From Peribolospora baueri (lineage: Eukaryota): a stretch of 64,000 nucleotides of DNA. The notes beneath the pieces were generated by a model. That model worked only from the letters and a program-made list of their open reading frames with translations. It ran no database searches and was not told the origin of the DNA. Within the stretch, counting starts at the first letter, position 1. Each line of letters begins with the position of its first letter. Shown one piece after another: positions 45,818-58,900 of the stretch. The stretch is taken from NCBI GenBank assembly GCA_029717555.1, contig JAMDHS010000007.1, positions 248,001 to 312,000 on the forward strand, written 5' to 3'. The position numbers and the translations under genes were made by a program.

Positions 45818-48723
45818 TCACGAGGACAAGGCGGAACTGCTGTCGATGCCCCATCGGCCGACCTGCTGCATGGCCTGCGTATCTCCCTCAGCGACGCTGT
45901 CGTCTTCCAAGACGCGACTGACCATCTCCCAAGGGTCCTTGCCTCCGCCGAACCTGAGCACCTCCTTCTTGAACCGCTCTCCCATCTCCCTGTCCAGCGG
46001 GTCTCGCTTGAACAGCACCTGCCACACCCGGCTGGCGATGGCACGGTCGAAGAGGTAGGAGTAGTACGTGGCGCCGTAGCCGAAGAGGTGGCCGAACTGG
46101 GTCTGCCAGCTCGTTCCAGGTACGCTCGGGATGACGCCGAGCGTGTCGTGGAGCTTGGCGAGCTCGCGCGTCGAGTCGAAGGAGGGGAAGGAGGCGAGCG
46201 GGGAGTGATAGACCTGGTCGAGGGTGGCCATGAGGATCTGTGAGTGCGTGTCGAGCGCCTCGAAACACTTGGAGGCGGCGATGTGCGCTCGCAGGTGCTC
46301 CATCGGTAGCGCCGCGCCGGTGCGGTGGTGTCGAGCAAAGAGGGAGAGCACGGACGAGTCCGAGACGAAATGCTCCATCAGGATCGAGGGCAGTTCTACA
46401 AAGTCCGTTGCGCAGCGTGTCCCGGAGACGTTGTGGTAGTTAGTGCGGCCGATCATGGCTTGAGAGGCGGGAACAAGGGGAGCGTGGAACGTGTCAGCAT
46501 CGCAGAGGCCCGGAAAGACAGGTGAGATTCACGGTCACTTACAGTGAATAGCGTGGCCCATCTCATGGAACAACGTCTCCACCTCATGCCAACTGAGTAA
46601 GCTCGGTCCGCTTTCGGGGCTCGGTCTCGCAAAGTCGCAAACGAGGACGACGACGGGCAGCTGGAACTTGCCCTCCCGTCCCTTGACGCTCTTGCCCTGC
46701 AACACCAACGGTCGTGCCTCTTCCTCCGACACCGTCCCCGACGTCCAGCCCTCTGCCTGCCCAAACACGAAATCCGACTCGGCGTCATCGTCGTCGATCC
46801 GGCGCGAACAGCGGACGGTGTAGTGAGCCGCAGAAGGGGGCTTTCCAGGCCGGGTGTACAAGTCTGCGTAGATCCAGCCGACGGTGCCCTCGCTCTCGTC
46901 CACCACCTCGAGCTTGCGCACGTCCTCGTGCCACGCCTGATCTTGGCTCTCCAACGGAGCCGCGCGGAAGCGAAGACCGTAGAGACGGTTGAAAAGGCGC
47001 GAAAGACCGGTGAACACGGTACCGACGGAGAAGAACGAGTTGATGGGCGCCAGCGCGCGATGGTTGTGCGCCGCCAAGACCATCTCGGAATAATACTCTC
47101 TGTCCCAGGCGGCGATAGGTGGCGGAGAGGGAAGCGAGAGGTGCATTTGCTTGGCTAAGGATAGCTGACGTAGATCGGTAAGAGCAAGAGGACGCTGATG
47201 AGCAGCAAGGGCCGACAGGAACTCCATGACATTTTCTGCACATATAAGAGAGATAAGACAGAATCTTTTAGCAGGTGAAAGACTAAGGCGCAGTTTCAAA
47301 CAATAGAGATGCATCGCTTAAAAGGCAATAGATCGCCACACTCACCAGGACCCTTGGCCATCTTATCGACGAGAGCGACCTCGGCATAACTCTTGTTGCC
47401 GACGAGCTTGGCCAACTGCGCCCTCGCCCTGAGCAGCTTTTCCAGAGTGTCTATCTGCTCTGGCATGCTTGAGTTAATCGCGACATGGACGAGTCGCCTA
47501 GCCTCGCTCGAAGGGGAGAACTTGGAGATCATCTGCTGTTCCCACGAGTGAGCAGGTACGGCCAATAGGTCCGAGTCCGAGGCGGGTTTACCCCAGCTGC
47601 TCCCATCGGACCTCTGTAATGAGGCGACGAACGAGGTACCCATACCCTCTAGCTCCTCCCTCGGCACGGCGGCATCCCGTTGAGTCGAGGTGGCAGATGA
47701 CGCGTCCTGGAGGAACTGCCGACCGAGAACGAGGATCTCGTCGGAAAGCTTCACAAACTCTTTCCGTCGGTCTTTGGGTAGGTGGATGCCCGATTTCTCG
47801 AAGTCTCTGAGGAAGATGCGCGCCACCGCTCGTTCTTCTGGGGAGAAGGAGCTCAGCATGGCCGGGTCGGACATGACGTGGCTCAGGACCTGGGTGTCGA
47901 GAACAGGATATCGTCAGTCCGTATCCCCCTAATAGAAACCTCGAGCCTCCTCGAACAATAAGCTCCTAATGAGTCGCCTATGGCACCGCCGCACACTTAC
48001 CTCATACAGTCCGGTATGCGTATTAAGCACATTCATGTAGCTGCAGAGATATTCGTACGCAGCGTTGGCCGCCTCAGCGAAGTGCGGCTCAGGGTGGACG
48101 TTGCGCACGAGCTCGGCCATGTCAATGACGCTGCACAGCAGGTCGCTGAGGCGGTCCAGGTTCTTGACCACCTTTCGGAGCTCCAAACTCGCTTGGCTCC
48201 CTCCTCCTTGACTGGTTGAGCCGGTGGCGGCGCCCCCTGAAGAGGCGTGGACGGGGGCACGAAGGATGCGGTTGACGAGAAGCTTCGCACGAGATAACGT
48301 CCGCTCCGCCAACGCCAAGATGGAAGCGGGGGAAGAGAGCTCGGGGTGTCCAAAGAGGCCCGAGGACATCAGAGCGGCTGATGAAGAGGAGGCGAGAGAA
48401 GGAGGCGAGGCTGCGGCGTCGAAGAGAGCACGGAGCTCGGCGTCCTCCGACGCGGTGGAAAGAGAGTGAGATACGCAGTCGGGGTTTCCATGAGATGAGA
48501 CGAATGAAGAGGACGACGAGGGGGTGGTGGCGGCGGTGGCTCGAGCGCCAGCGGTGGTGGTCAATCGCCTGGTGCTGGATGGGAGGTCGCGTGCAGCGCT
48601 GCACGAGGGACATGACGGCGAACGGCGAGCGGCGAAACTGGCAAAGCGAGGCGATGTGGACGATGAGATGGCGCCTCTTCGAAGGGCTCCAAGGAGCGAC
48701 AGCGACCTCTTTCCGGCAGCCAT
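45818..48723 (-). CDS. OCT1: Mitochondrial intermediate peptidase (M3 family metallopeptidase), 4 exons
   Basis: Mitochondrial presequence; [91 protein letters not shown] (HExxH), [41 protein letters not shown]. Confidence 0.96.
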
Positions 48724-50278
48724 GACGAGCAGTCGTCTATGGCGTACAGGACGCGAGTCCAGCTCGTGCGACTCGGGAGCGTGATCGAGAAAGGTCCGGA
48801 CCGAGCCGGCGTGTCGTTCGGCGTTTGGAGGCTCACGTTCGCCGCTCCAAAAGTCCAGTCGCCAATCTCCTTTTGGGTGGGTATCGCGGGAGACGCAACA
48901 CGCCACCGAAGATGCGAAGATGATCCTCTTTCCGCGTCCTTGAAGACCGACGCGGTGATGAGAGCTCCTTCCGTTTGCGGCTCGGAGTCGGCTGCGGCCA
49001 TACGAGTTCGCCGCAGTGTTTTATCACGTGCACATGAGCCTACTGGTCCGGTCATTCCCGCTTACGCCCGGTTCTGTTTCCAGTTTTTCTACTAGTAATC
49101 TCTCTCTGTATTTGCATTCACGTTCTTCTAACCCTCTGTTTGGTCTGGCACCCTCGAAAATATTCAAGAGACGCTGTTCGGAGTCCCACTGTTGAGAAAT
49201 GCAAAGTTTTCCTCACGTGCATGTATGGCACGTGGCACCATGAGCCTTCGGGCGGGTCGACGTAACCCTAAGTCGACGTCAGCCAAAAAGGCATCGCTTT
49301 TCTTCTCGCCATGTCCGCAGATTTTTCTTCCTCTCGTCGTCACGTCAATCAGGTGAGTTGATGAGAATCTTTCCTGATAACCTCTTTCATCGTCATGAGA
49401 GGAAACAAACGTCCAGATGATGGTCATTGTAATTTGCGTCCGAACGTCGCCGGGTCTACACCAAAGGGGTGCAACGCCATGCGCCCTGGGCCCGCCGGCT
49501 TGAGGACAATTTCTTTCCTGATGGACCTCTTTCGGACTGACATCGTCACGACGACGCTGACGGCTGACGAACCTGGATTCCGTTACCTTGCCCGTCCTTC
49601 GTTTTCCACAGCCTAGACGTTCCGTACTCCGGGGGGAGGCGCTCGCCGCGGTGTTTACTCGCTGCTCGCTGTATCCACATGCCGCTGTATTCTCCATCGC
49701 TTCTCCTTGTACCGTCATCATCTATGTATAGTCCCCTAGCGCACTGGATAGGGATTATTTGGGCGCATCGAGAATGGCCGTTTGAGAAAGAAAGCCTTCC
49801 TTCCTATGGCTACTTTGTTTATGAGACAAAAAGTATTGCGTCACGGGCCCGCTCTCGCCCGCCCTCTCGGCATGCCCATTTCCGATCGAGGCGTGTGGGA
49901 GAGATCAGGCCAGCCATCGCAGCAGCTGGCCAGCCGCAAGTATGGGGCGCGGTCGGGTTTAAGACGGCTCTGGCTCGGCTCACAAGGAAGAACCACCGAT
50001 CCGGAGTGAGGTGGGGGTCGTTTGGAGTGAGTTACTGCGAACTTCAGCCAAGCGCGGTGGTCTGTGTCACGGGTCGATTCGGGCGGGCTCTCGGGCTCCG
50101 GGTCGGCTCAGCCGCCCGGTTGGCTGGTGCGCGCTTTTTCTTCTCGGTCCGATCTCATCCATCGTTCATCTTCCATCCCACCTCTATCTTCCATCCCCCT
50201 GCGTCTCCATCTCTCACATCCCCTTCCTATCCCTTTCCTGTTTCGTCCCTCACTTTCGTCCGCTCTATCTTCTTAAAG

Positions 50279-52930
50279 ATGGCCTCTCTCCGCTTCTTCG
50301 CCCTTCGTCAGGTGAGCAACGTTCTCCCCGAGCGCGCTGAGATCGCCGCAATCGCGCGGATGAAGCGAACGGTCGGGCGACGGATCTGATCTTCATTCTC
50401 CTGCCAACCTCTTCACCAGGCCCGCACTGCTTTCGCGCCCTCGGTTGCGAAGCGCGGCTACGCTACGGCCAAGCCTCAGGTGAGCAAACGTCCTCGCCCT
50501 GTTCATACGGAGGGTGTTCTCTTCCACGCCCAAAACCCGGCCGGGCGCAGTTGGCTGAGATAGATCGCCCCTGGACCTTCCCCAACAGACCCTCAAGGAG
50601 CGTCTTGCCGAGCTCATTCCCCAGGAGCAGGCTTACGTTAAGGAGGTCCGCACTAAGCATGGCAACAAGAGCTTTGGCGAGTACACCGTCGACCAGGCCT
50701 ACGGTGGCATGCGCGGTCTCAAGGTGCGTACGTCGATCTTCGCGAATCGGAACGTGGCTCTATGCAAATGAACTAAGGGTCGTTCACCCGCTCTGTTCTT
50801 TTTAATTTTCGTAGGCAATGATCTGGGAGGGCTCTGTGAGTGTCACCTTTACCTCTGTCTATCCCAGGCTTTTGAAGAGACTATCGACATTCGCCCATCG
50901 AAAGAACGACTGAGCTGATCGACCCTCATCCCTTCTCTTTATTACAGGTCCTTGACGCCGACGAGGGCATCCGCTTCCGTGGCAAGACGATCGAGGAGTG
51001 CCGGGCCCAGCTGCCCAAGGCTCCCGGCGGTGAGGAGCCCCTTCCCGAGGGTCTCTTCTGGCTTCTCGTCACCGGCGAGGTTCCCACCCAGGAGCAGGTC
51101 AACGCCCTCTCCGCGGACTGGGCCGCTCGCGCCTCTATCCCTGCTTTCGTTGAGGAGGTCCTCGACCGGTGCCCCAGCACCCTTCACCCCATGAGCCGTG
51201 CGTATTCGTATGTTTCGCGAGGTAAGCGCAGTTGCGCTTGAGCTCAAGCCTTTTTTCGTTTCTGTCTTCAATCAGAGTTCTCGCTGGCCGTCACTGCGCT
51301 CAACCACGACTCTGCCTTCGCCAAGGCCTATCAGGAGGGCATCAACAAGAAGGAGTACTGGAAGCCCAGTAAGTGATGACGTTTCTGCTGCGCCGGTTAT
51401 CCTCGCAACGACGAGTGTTCTGATCCGCGATCGTCACTCCCTTCGCTCGCTGTAGCCTTCGAGGACACCATGGACCTCATCGCCAAGCTGCCCAACATTG
51501 CTGGTCGCATCTACCGCAATGTCTACGGTGATGGCAAGGTCCCCCCCATCGACCCTTCCAAGGACTACTCCGCCAACTTTGCCAACATTCTCGGTTTCGG
51601 TGACAAGAAGGAGTTCGTCGAGCTCCTCAGGCTTTACCTTACCATCCACTCTGACCACGAGGGTGGCAACGTTTCGGTGGGTTGATCGTTTGGGCTCGAA
51701 CCTGGGACTGGGCCACGCGCATAAGGAGGGCGGTCATCGCTTTTTTAACCCCATCTTTCCGAACATCATCATTCTCGGTATGCAGGCCCACACCGGTCAC
51801 TTGGTCGGCTCGGCCCTCTCGGACCCCTTCCTCGCCTACTCCGCCGCCCTCAACGGCCTCGCCGGCCCTCTTCACGGCCTCGCCAACCAGGAGGTGCTCC
51901 GCTGGGTGTACAAGATGAAGGAGCAGATCGGCGAGGGCGCCAGCGACGAGCAGGTCAAGGACTACGTCTGGGCCACCCTTAAGGGCGGTCAGGTCGTTCC
52001 CGGTTACGGTCATGCCGTTCTCCGCAAGACCGACCCGAGGTACACGGCGCAGAGGGAGTGAGTGCTGGACAGCGTACGGCGAGGCGCACCGATCTGACTG
52101 CCGTCGTGAGGACGCGAGCACATCTCTGATCAGCCTTCGCTTCTTTTTTTCTCTCTACCTCTCTCAGGTTCGCTCTCAAGCACTTGCCCAACGACCCCAA
52201 CTTCAAGCTCGTCAGCCAGCTCTACAACATCGTCCCTGGCGTCCTCCTCGAGGCCGGCAAGGCCAAGAACCCCGTGAGCTGCTGAGCTTATCCTCTCTTT
52301 CCTCTGAGCGCCGAAGAAGAGTTTACGTTTGCCCGTCGTTGACCTGTTTTCTGTTCCGTTGCGCTTTCGCTCCTCCAGTGGCCCAACGTCGACGCCCACT
52401 CCGTGAGTGCATTTTTCTGAACTCTCGATTCCGTGACGAGTACTGCCTTCGCTCTCGCTCTCTCCATTGGCTCATAACATATGCCAAATATTTTGCTTCT
52501 TCCTTTTCCCTCCCTCCACCCCCGGTTAACCGTCCATAACAGGGTGTGCTCTTGACCTACTACGGCCTTACGCAGCAGGTGAACACACGTCTAAACCAAG
52601 CTACCGCGTCTGCGGTTCCCCCAATGGAGCCAGCTAGCTGATGCTGACGCTTTCCTTCTGGTTTCAAATCCCGCAGGACTACTACACGGTTCTCTTCGGT
52701 GTCGGAAGGGCATTCGGCGTCGCTCCCCAGCTCATCTGGGACCGTGCTCTCGGGGTGAGTGTGGAAATGATGGCGGAAATAGAAAGACGTGGTCCGAGAG
52801 GTGGTGGTGTAGGCAAGTCGGGACAGAAACTGACTCTTTCGCCCTCGTGTCGGTTCGGTTCGAACAGATGCCGCTCGAGCGCCCCAAGTCGTTCTCGAGC
52901 CGCGCCATCGACGCCATGTTCTCCAAGTAA
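50279..52930 (+). CDS. CIT1: Mitochondrial citrate synthase, many exons including micro-exons
   Basis: Presequence [139 protein letters not shown]. Stop TAA at 52928-52930. Confidence 0.97.
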
Positions 52931-53535
52931 ACACGGTCGTCGTCCTTGTCTTTCGCTCCGTCCCTTCTGCATTTTGCCCTTCCCTTCCTGCCTCCCTCGA
53001 TGGATCGATCTAAATGTGATCGGTGATCGATTCGCCAGGCCTAGATAGTTCTTGCAATTATTAGATCATGAAAAGATGCTGCTTCGTCGGGCAAGCAGAT
53101 CTTCAGGGCCACAGAGAGGATATGACTATCTGCGCAACATCGGGGAGAGAGAGGCCTCGGGGAACTGCACTGAGACCACTCACTGCAAGCAGCGAATGAT
53201 GTTGTGCACAGACCATACCGCAGCAGAGATGGCGGCGGGCCCCGCCGATCGCCCTTCGAGAGGATAACTACCCCGATCTTGGGCAGACCATCTCACCCTC
53301 TCGACGACGTCCTGGTCTTTATCAACATCATCTCCCGCTAAGCTCGACGTCCAGAAGCTTGGTCGCTTTTGGACTGACCCATGTCGGAGACGGTCCGCTT
53401 TTGGTTCTTCTTCCAACTACCCATTCAGCGGGTCGTCCTCGGCAGCGCGGACGCGTGATCGACGAGCGAGGCGTCGTTGGTTCCGGTCCATCCTGCAAGA
53501 GCGCCTTCTCTGGTCGTCCCTTCCACCGCTTACTC

Positions 53536-55493
53536 ATGTCCGATCCTTCAAACCTCCGCCGTCGTTCTGCTCCTCGCACGAGCCTCACTCCGCCGACCAT
53601 GTCAAGCGGCAGCTCGTCCACGCCTCCAGTTGAGGGCCGCGACCGCGACCGCGACCGGCATCGTCGTCGATCCGAGCAATCGGCTTCGGTGCCGCAAGTT
53701 AAAGATGGCGACGGTGGTGGCGACGTCCCCGAATCCCCTCGCTCGTCTCCCATCCCCATGGCTCCGCCTGTCGCGCCCGATGACGAGGAGCTTGAGGAGC
53801 ACATCCTTGGAGACCGCCACAGTGGATGGCACTACGTCCCTCTCGCATTCGTTCTCATTCCCTCCTTCGGCAGCATTATTCACGGTCGCGCCGAGCACTG
53901 GACCGACATGTTGCTGCTTGTATTGCTCGGGTTCTATCTCGTTCAGCTGGTTAAAGGTGAGCCCGTCCTTCTTCCAATTTTGTACCCATGTCGCGCGGCT
54001 ACTACGCCGCGTGCTCAAACTAACACGCCCGTTCCTTTTGGTCCATCGACAGTGCCCTGGGAAATCTATTGTGAGTCGTACTGCCTGATCGTCTGTCCAA
54101 TTCAGCCCTTGACGCTGACGTATCTGCCTCTTCTCCCTCGCATCTCGTCGATTCGTGGATGCGATGCGCATGTCTAGACTCGTCCCGCACTCGCCGCATC
54201 CTACAAGCCGGGATCGCAACGGACGGCGAACTGGACCCGAAGGTGGTTAGGCGCCAAGAGCGAGCTGCTACCGAGCTTCGCCGTTCCGAGCTCGTCGCGT
54301 TGTTTTTCTGCCTTGCGAGCCCTGCTCTTGGCGCTTGGCTGCTGCACCTAATGAAGGCAGGGTTAAGCGATGCGGACCGCTACATGTGAGTACTCTCGTC
54401 CGGAGTTCATTTGGTAGTGGGGCCGCCTCTCGGCATGGACTCACATCCGTCATCGACTTGTTTCTGCAGCAATCCATTCAACATCAGGTGAGAACATCTC
54501 GTGCCAACATACACTCACCCCTTCATGCTCGTTGATAAGCCTTTTCCCTCCTTATACCACAGGCTGTTCTGTCTCGCTGCCGGCATCAAGCCCATGACAC
54601 ACTTCTTCGGCCTCGTCAAGCGGCGCGCTCTCTTCTTGCAGGAAGAAGTTCACTATCCGTCCCTCCAAGTTGAGCAGCTCAATCGGCGTGTCATGCGCCT
54701 AGAAGGCGACCTTTCCGCTCTCCGCAAAGCGTTCGCCACAAAGAGCGACGTGCGCGATCTCAGAGACGGGCTGGACTTGCCTCTCTCACAGCTATCTAAA
54801 GCCTTGCGACGAAGTGAGCGCAAGGAAGAGCACCTGCGCCTCAGCGCCGAGGAGAGGTTTGCGTTGGTCGAGAGCAGGATGGAGGACATGCTTCGCGAGG
54901 TGGCCATCAACGCCGAGCTGATCGATCAGATCGAGCGTCGGAACTGGGACGCTCGGAATCGAGTGAACACGTTTTTCGCCGTCGCCAACTATTTCCTTGG
55001 TCGACCTCGGGTTCCCTCGGGCGCCTCTGAACGGCAGTCGATCGAGCAGCGCAACTACCTCGGCGGATCGCCCGACGACTCGGCCAAGACGAGTCCCGGC
55101 AAGTGGTTCTTCGAGAGGGGAGCGCTCTTCTACATTTTTTTCCCGATCAACCTCTCCCGTGGTATCCTTCACTACGCCGGGGGCCGCATTGGGGGCGTCG
55201 TGGAGCGTGTCGAGCACATCAGAGACGCGGCCGAGCACGACAAGACTATGCAGCAGAGGCGCCTTATCAGCGCGGCCATTACGTCCTCCCTGCATGGCGA
55301 GCAGACGAGTGACCACTCGGCTAGTAATGGCGCCACGGCCGCCGAAATAAGCGGTCTCAGCGGACGCCGTGAGGAGGAACATATGTGGCGGTCTCAAACG
55401 AACTCCAATGGCGTCAAACATCACCATCACAAGGGTCTCGATTCTGGTCTGGCCGGCTCGGCGGCCGGCCGCTCCTCGCCTCTGAGAGTCTGA
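53536..55493 (+). CDS. Conserved fungal hypothetical membrane protein with coiled coil, multi-exon
   Basis: TM segments WHYVPLAFVLIPSFGS and WTDMLLLVLLGFYLVQLVK|VPWEIY; ELRRSELVALFFCLASPALGAWLL; FNIR|LFCLAAGIKPMTH; then a coiled coil. Micro-exons at about 54052-54070 and 54470-54487. Confidence 0.75.
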
Positions 55494-55709
55494 AAGCCTT
55501 ACCTTTGGACAGAGATCTGGGTGAAAGAGCAGGGCTCCGCTTGTTTTGAGATCGTTCCCTTCTTCGGTGGTTCTCTTATCCCCTTTCTTCATAATGCTGC
55601 GGTTCACGTTCGTTCCGTCTCCACTCTTTACGCTTGAGCGCTCGAAATTGTACTGTCTGCCCCTCCGCCTTGTTCTTCTACCTCACCCTCCCTTGCGATA
55701 CCCTGACGG

Positions 55710-55843
55710 TTTTCGCGGCGTCCATTCTGTATACCACTTCTCTGTGTAGGATCCCTTTAGGAATCCTTTATTCCTTCTACGTAGTCGAGTCCAACTAGAC
55801 GTTGCGAGCAGCAAATTAACGCGTCCTTGCGATGACCACGCGT
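55710..55843. promoter_or_regulatory. MCB (ACGCGT x2) and SCB-like (TTTTCGCG) elements upstream of the SNF2-RING gene
   Basis: ACGCGTCCT at 55819 and 55838; TTTTCGCG at 55710. Confidence 0.4.
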
Positions 55844-55958
55844 CCTGGCCGCAGCATTTAACAGGCGATAGGTGGAAGCAATCGCGGTTCAGACTTCTTT
55901 CGCTATCACGAATTGCCACCCGCCACAGGTCGTCGTGGCCACCGTTGCCCACGTCACG

Positions 55959-58900
55959 ATGAATGACAGCTCACGAACGACCCTGCTGAGGGTTGAGGTG
56001 GCATGCGCCCTCCCGGACGACCAAGTTCCGCCTGGCGCTGAAGCGATGGAATTCGACGCCTTGCGACGGATGCTGGTGGGAGGGGAGGAGGTGGACGCGG
56101 GCACCGAGGCGACGGATCTGGTTGGTGAGACGGTCGAGGGTGAGGAGACGGTTGCGCAGCCGGCTCAAGACGGGATCAGGAAAGGAAAGAGGCGGCGGGC
56201 CGCACCGAAGGATGGCCCACCCGGACGTGCTTTCGAGAAACGTGTCAAGCTCGACGTCGGCGACTTCTCCTCGTCTTCGGCGTCCGGCGATCCTCTCCCT
56301 CCTGGTACGATATACTCCCACCACCATGTCATCGAGCTTGAGCCGGTATGGCCAGGTTTGTCGTTCGAGGAACCGGTGGATGAGGCGACAAAGGAGCGTT
56401 TAGCTCCTGCCGTCGCTCGCCTGGAGAGCGCCATTACTGCACGGCTCGACGGCCCGGACCCTCAGAGCTTCGATCTCGGCCCCGTGGAACTCGTTCCTAA
56501 CGACCATGCAATCGCGGATTACACCCACAGGTCCAACTACACCTTTTTGTCCTCCCACGTCACCAGCGGACCCTTTGTTCATTTCCCAGGCTCTTCGGCA
56601 GGACTGGTTGGCCGTCGCCTCTTTCAGCTTCCAGAGCTGTACGCGGATGTGGATGGAGAGCTGAAGAAGGCTGGCTTCAGCGCGGCGCGTTCTAGCCAAC
56701 GCTCCTGGCTCGCCGCGGCACTTTTCTTGCGACTACATGGAAGAGCGAAGATCCAGTCCAGGTTGCATCTCCACTACTTGGGGCAAGCTCAGGCTTTGAC
56801 CAGCGAGGACGGCTTTGGCATCTCTCTGCCTTTCCGTCTTTCCGTCACCCTTCAAGTCGACCTCCTGTCCTCAGCGTTTGAATCCTCCCCAAACCTTCAC
56901 GTTCAAGAGGCCCAGCGACATTTTCTCCACTTTCTGAACCCTCCGTCCGGCAGCGGCGCTGTCGAGCACACATCCGCCTCTTGGTTCTACTCCTTGCTAA
57001 AGCGACCGCCAGCGCGCCCTTCCGTCCCTCTTCCGCCCACCCAGCCCGCCGCTCTTGTTCCTTCACTTTTGCCCTTTCAGCGCCGTTCAGTCGAGGTGTT
57101 GTTGGCGAGGGAAGGCAAGCGTATCCGCGACGATGGGACGCTGGTGGAGGATGACAGGTTGACGGACGTCGAAGGGCACGAGGTGTATTCGTTGCTTTGG
57201 GAGGACGTGCGAGACGACCAGGGCAAGTCTATCGCTTTCAATCGCCTCACTGGAGAGGTCAGACCGGACCTCAAAGGAGTGCAGCAAGAGGTCATCAAGG
57301 GGGCTCTCCTCGGTGAAGAGATGGGACTTGGCAAGACACTGGAAATTCTCTGTGCGTCTCAGCTCGTTTGCCGTACTAATTACTCCGCTGTTAGGATCGT
57401 TCGTCTTCTCATTTCGTTTCCGTTCGATTTGCCCCTTGCTTCTCGCAGCCCTGATACTCTTGCACCCTGCTCCGGAGCGCGATCGACTACCTTCATATTA
57501 TGACGAGGTGGCGGAAGTAACGGTACAACCGACGAAGACGACTCTCATCATTACCCCACCCTCGCTCATTTCTCAATGGAGCGACGAAATCGCTCTACAC
57601 GCCCCTGACTTGCACGTATTCAACTTTGAGGGATGGAAGGCAATGGAAAAGAACAAGGCGGACGTGGGGATTGATGACGTCGAGTGGTTAAAGCAGTTCG
57701 ACGTCGTTTTGGTTACTTTTGAGACTCTGAGGTAAGTTTTTCGTCGTCCGCCTTCGGTTCGGGGAGGGAGCGTCCTCACATGCAAGAAATGTTTCGTGCA
57801 GGAGAGAACTTGCTCTGGCCAAGACGGCTCCAGATCGTCCCCGGCGACATGAGCGAAAATACGAGAGGCCGCGGAGCTGTCTCATCAAGGCGAGTCCGTG
57901 TCGACGCCGCTCCATCTTCGTAGATGAGCACTCATGTCCTGTGTTCGCCCACCACAGCTCGAGTTTTGGAGGGTAATCATGGATGAGGTGCAACTCGTCC
58001 GGGAAGGTACAGCCAGGTAAGTGGCCCATCTGTTGTTAGATGAGACCCTTTCGATTGCGCTTGTTTAACACCCCCTTGTGATCTTATTGCAGCGAAATGG
58101 CATCTTTGATCCCCCGCGTCTTCTCACAAGCCGTCTCCGGTACCCCTGTCGGCCGCCACATGGTGACGGATGTCCGAGCTTTCTTGAAGTGAGCCGACGC
58201 GCACCACCTAAGCGAACACGCTTGTTGAAATGCACTGGGTCTGACTCAGCATCGGCCATATCACAGATTCCTCAAGGTTCCTTTTGCTTTCAAGACCAAC
58301 CTCGTTGACCGTCTGCTGCAACCCGGCCTGGCTCCTACGTTTGCCAAACTCATGAGCGTCTTGGCGATCCGTACATTGAAGGCTGAAGTACGTGATGAGC
58401 TACGTCTGCCTCCTCAACGAAGGTACCTGGTTCAAGTCGAACTTTCCAACGTGGAACAAGCTTTCTACGACGACCTGTTTAAAGAAGCGCTGGAGGAACT
58501 CGAGCTAGATGAGAATGGCAACCCGCTTCGTCATTTCTGGGAACTTGACGTGCCCAAGATGAGGAGTTTTCTTCTACGCCTTCGGCAGGCATGCACCAAT
58601 CCTCAAGTCACTATCGGATTCGGTGCTGCTGCTGGACGGACGCTCAACAGCGCTACGGGCATGAACTACGTGCGCTCTGTTTCGGAAGGCGAGTAGTACC
58701 TAGGCCACTTTGACAGCAACGCAGTACTGATCCGATTGTGTTCTGTGTAGTGCTCGACTTGATGCGGGATGGCGCTCTGTCTACCCTTTTCAGCGAGCGA
58801 CGTTCGTGGATGCTCAAGCGGATCGAGCATGCCCTCTACGTACAGAAGGATGAGGACAATGCAGATCGCCTCGTCATGGCGGTCCAGAGGCTTCGCGATG

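Noticed and set aside
45818..48723. OCT1/MIP1 as a marker of a linked homeodomain mating-type (HD) locus, as in many Agaricomycetes
   Set aside because: The flanking genes are eL28 and citrate synthase. No homeodomain (WFxNxR), beta-flanking, pheromone or receptor gene is recognisable in the window.
51695..51712. tRNA T-arm/B-box-like GTCCCAGGTTCGAGCCC on the minus strand of a citrate synthase intron
   Set aside because: The T-stem does not pair fully, and no acceptor stem, D-arm or anticodon arm can be built.
52915..53030. Cryptic peroxisomal (PTS1) isoform of citrate synthase by readthrough (ends ...FSK-TAA)
   Set aside because: The stop is TAA-ACA, not the TGA-CTA readthrough context, and the in-frame extension ends in CDR, not an SKL-like tripeptide.
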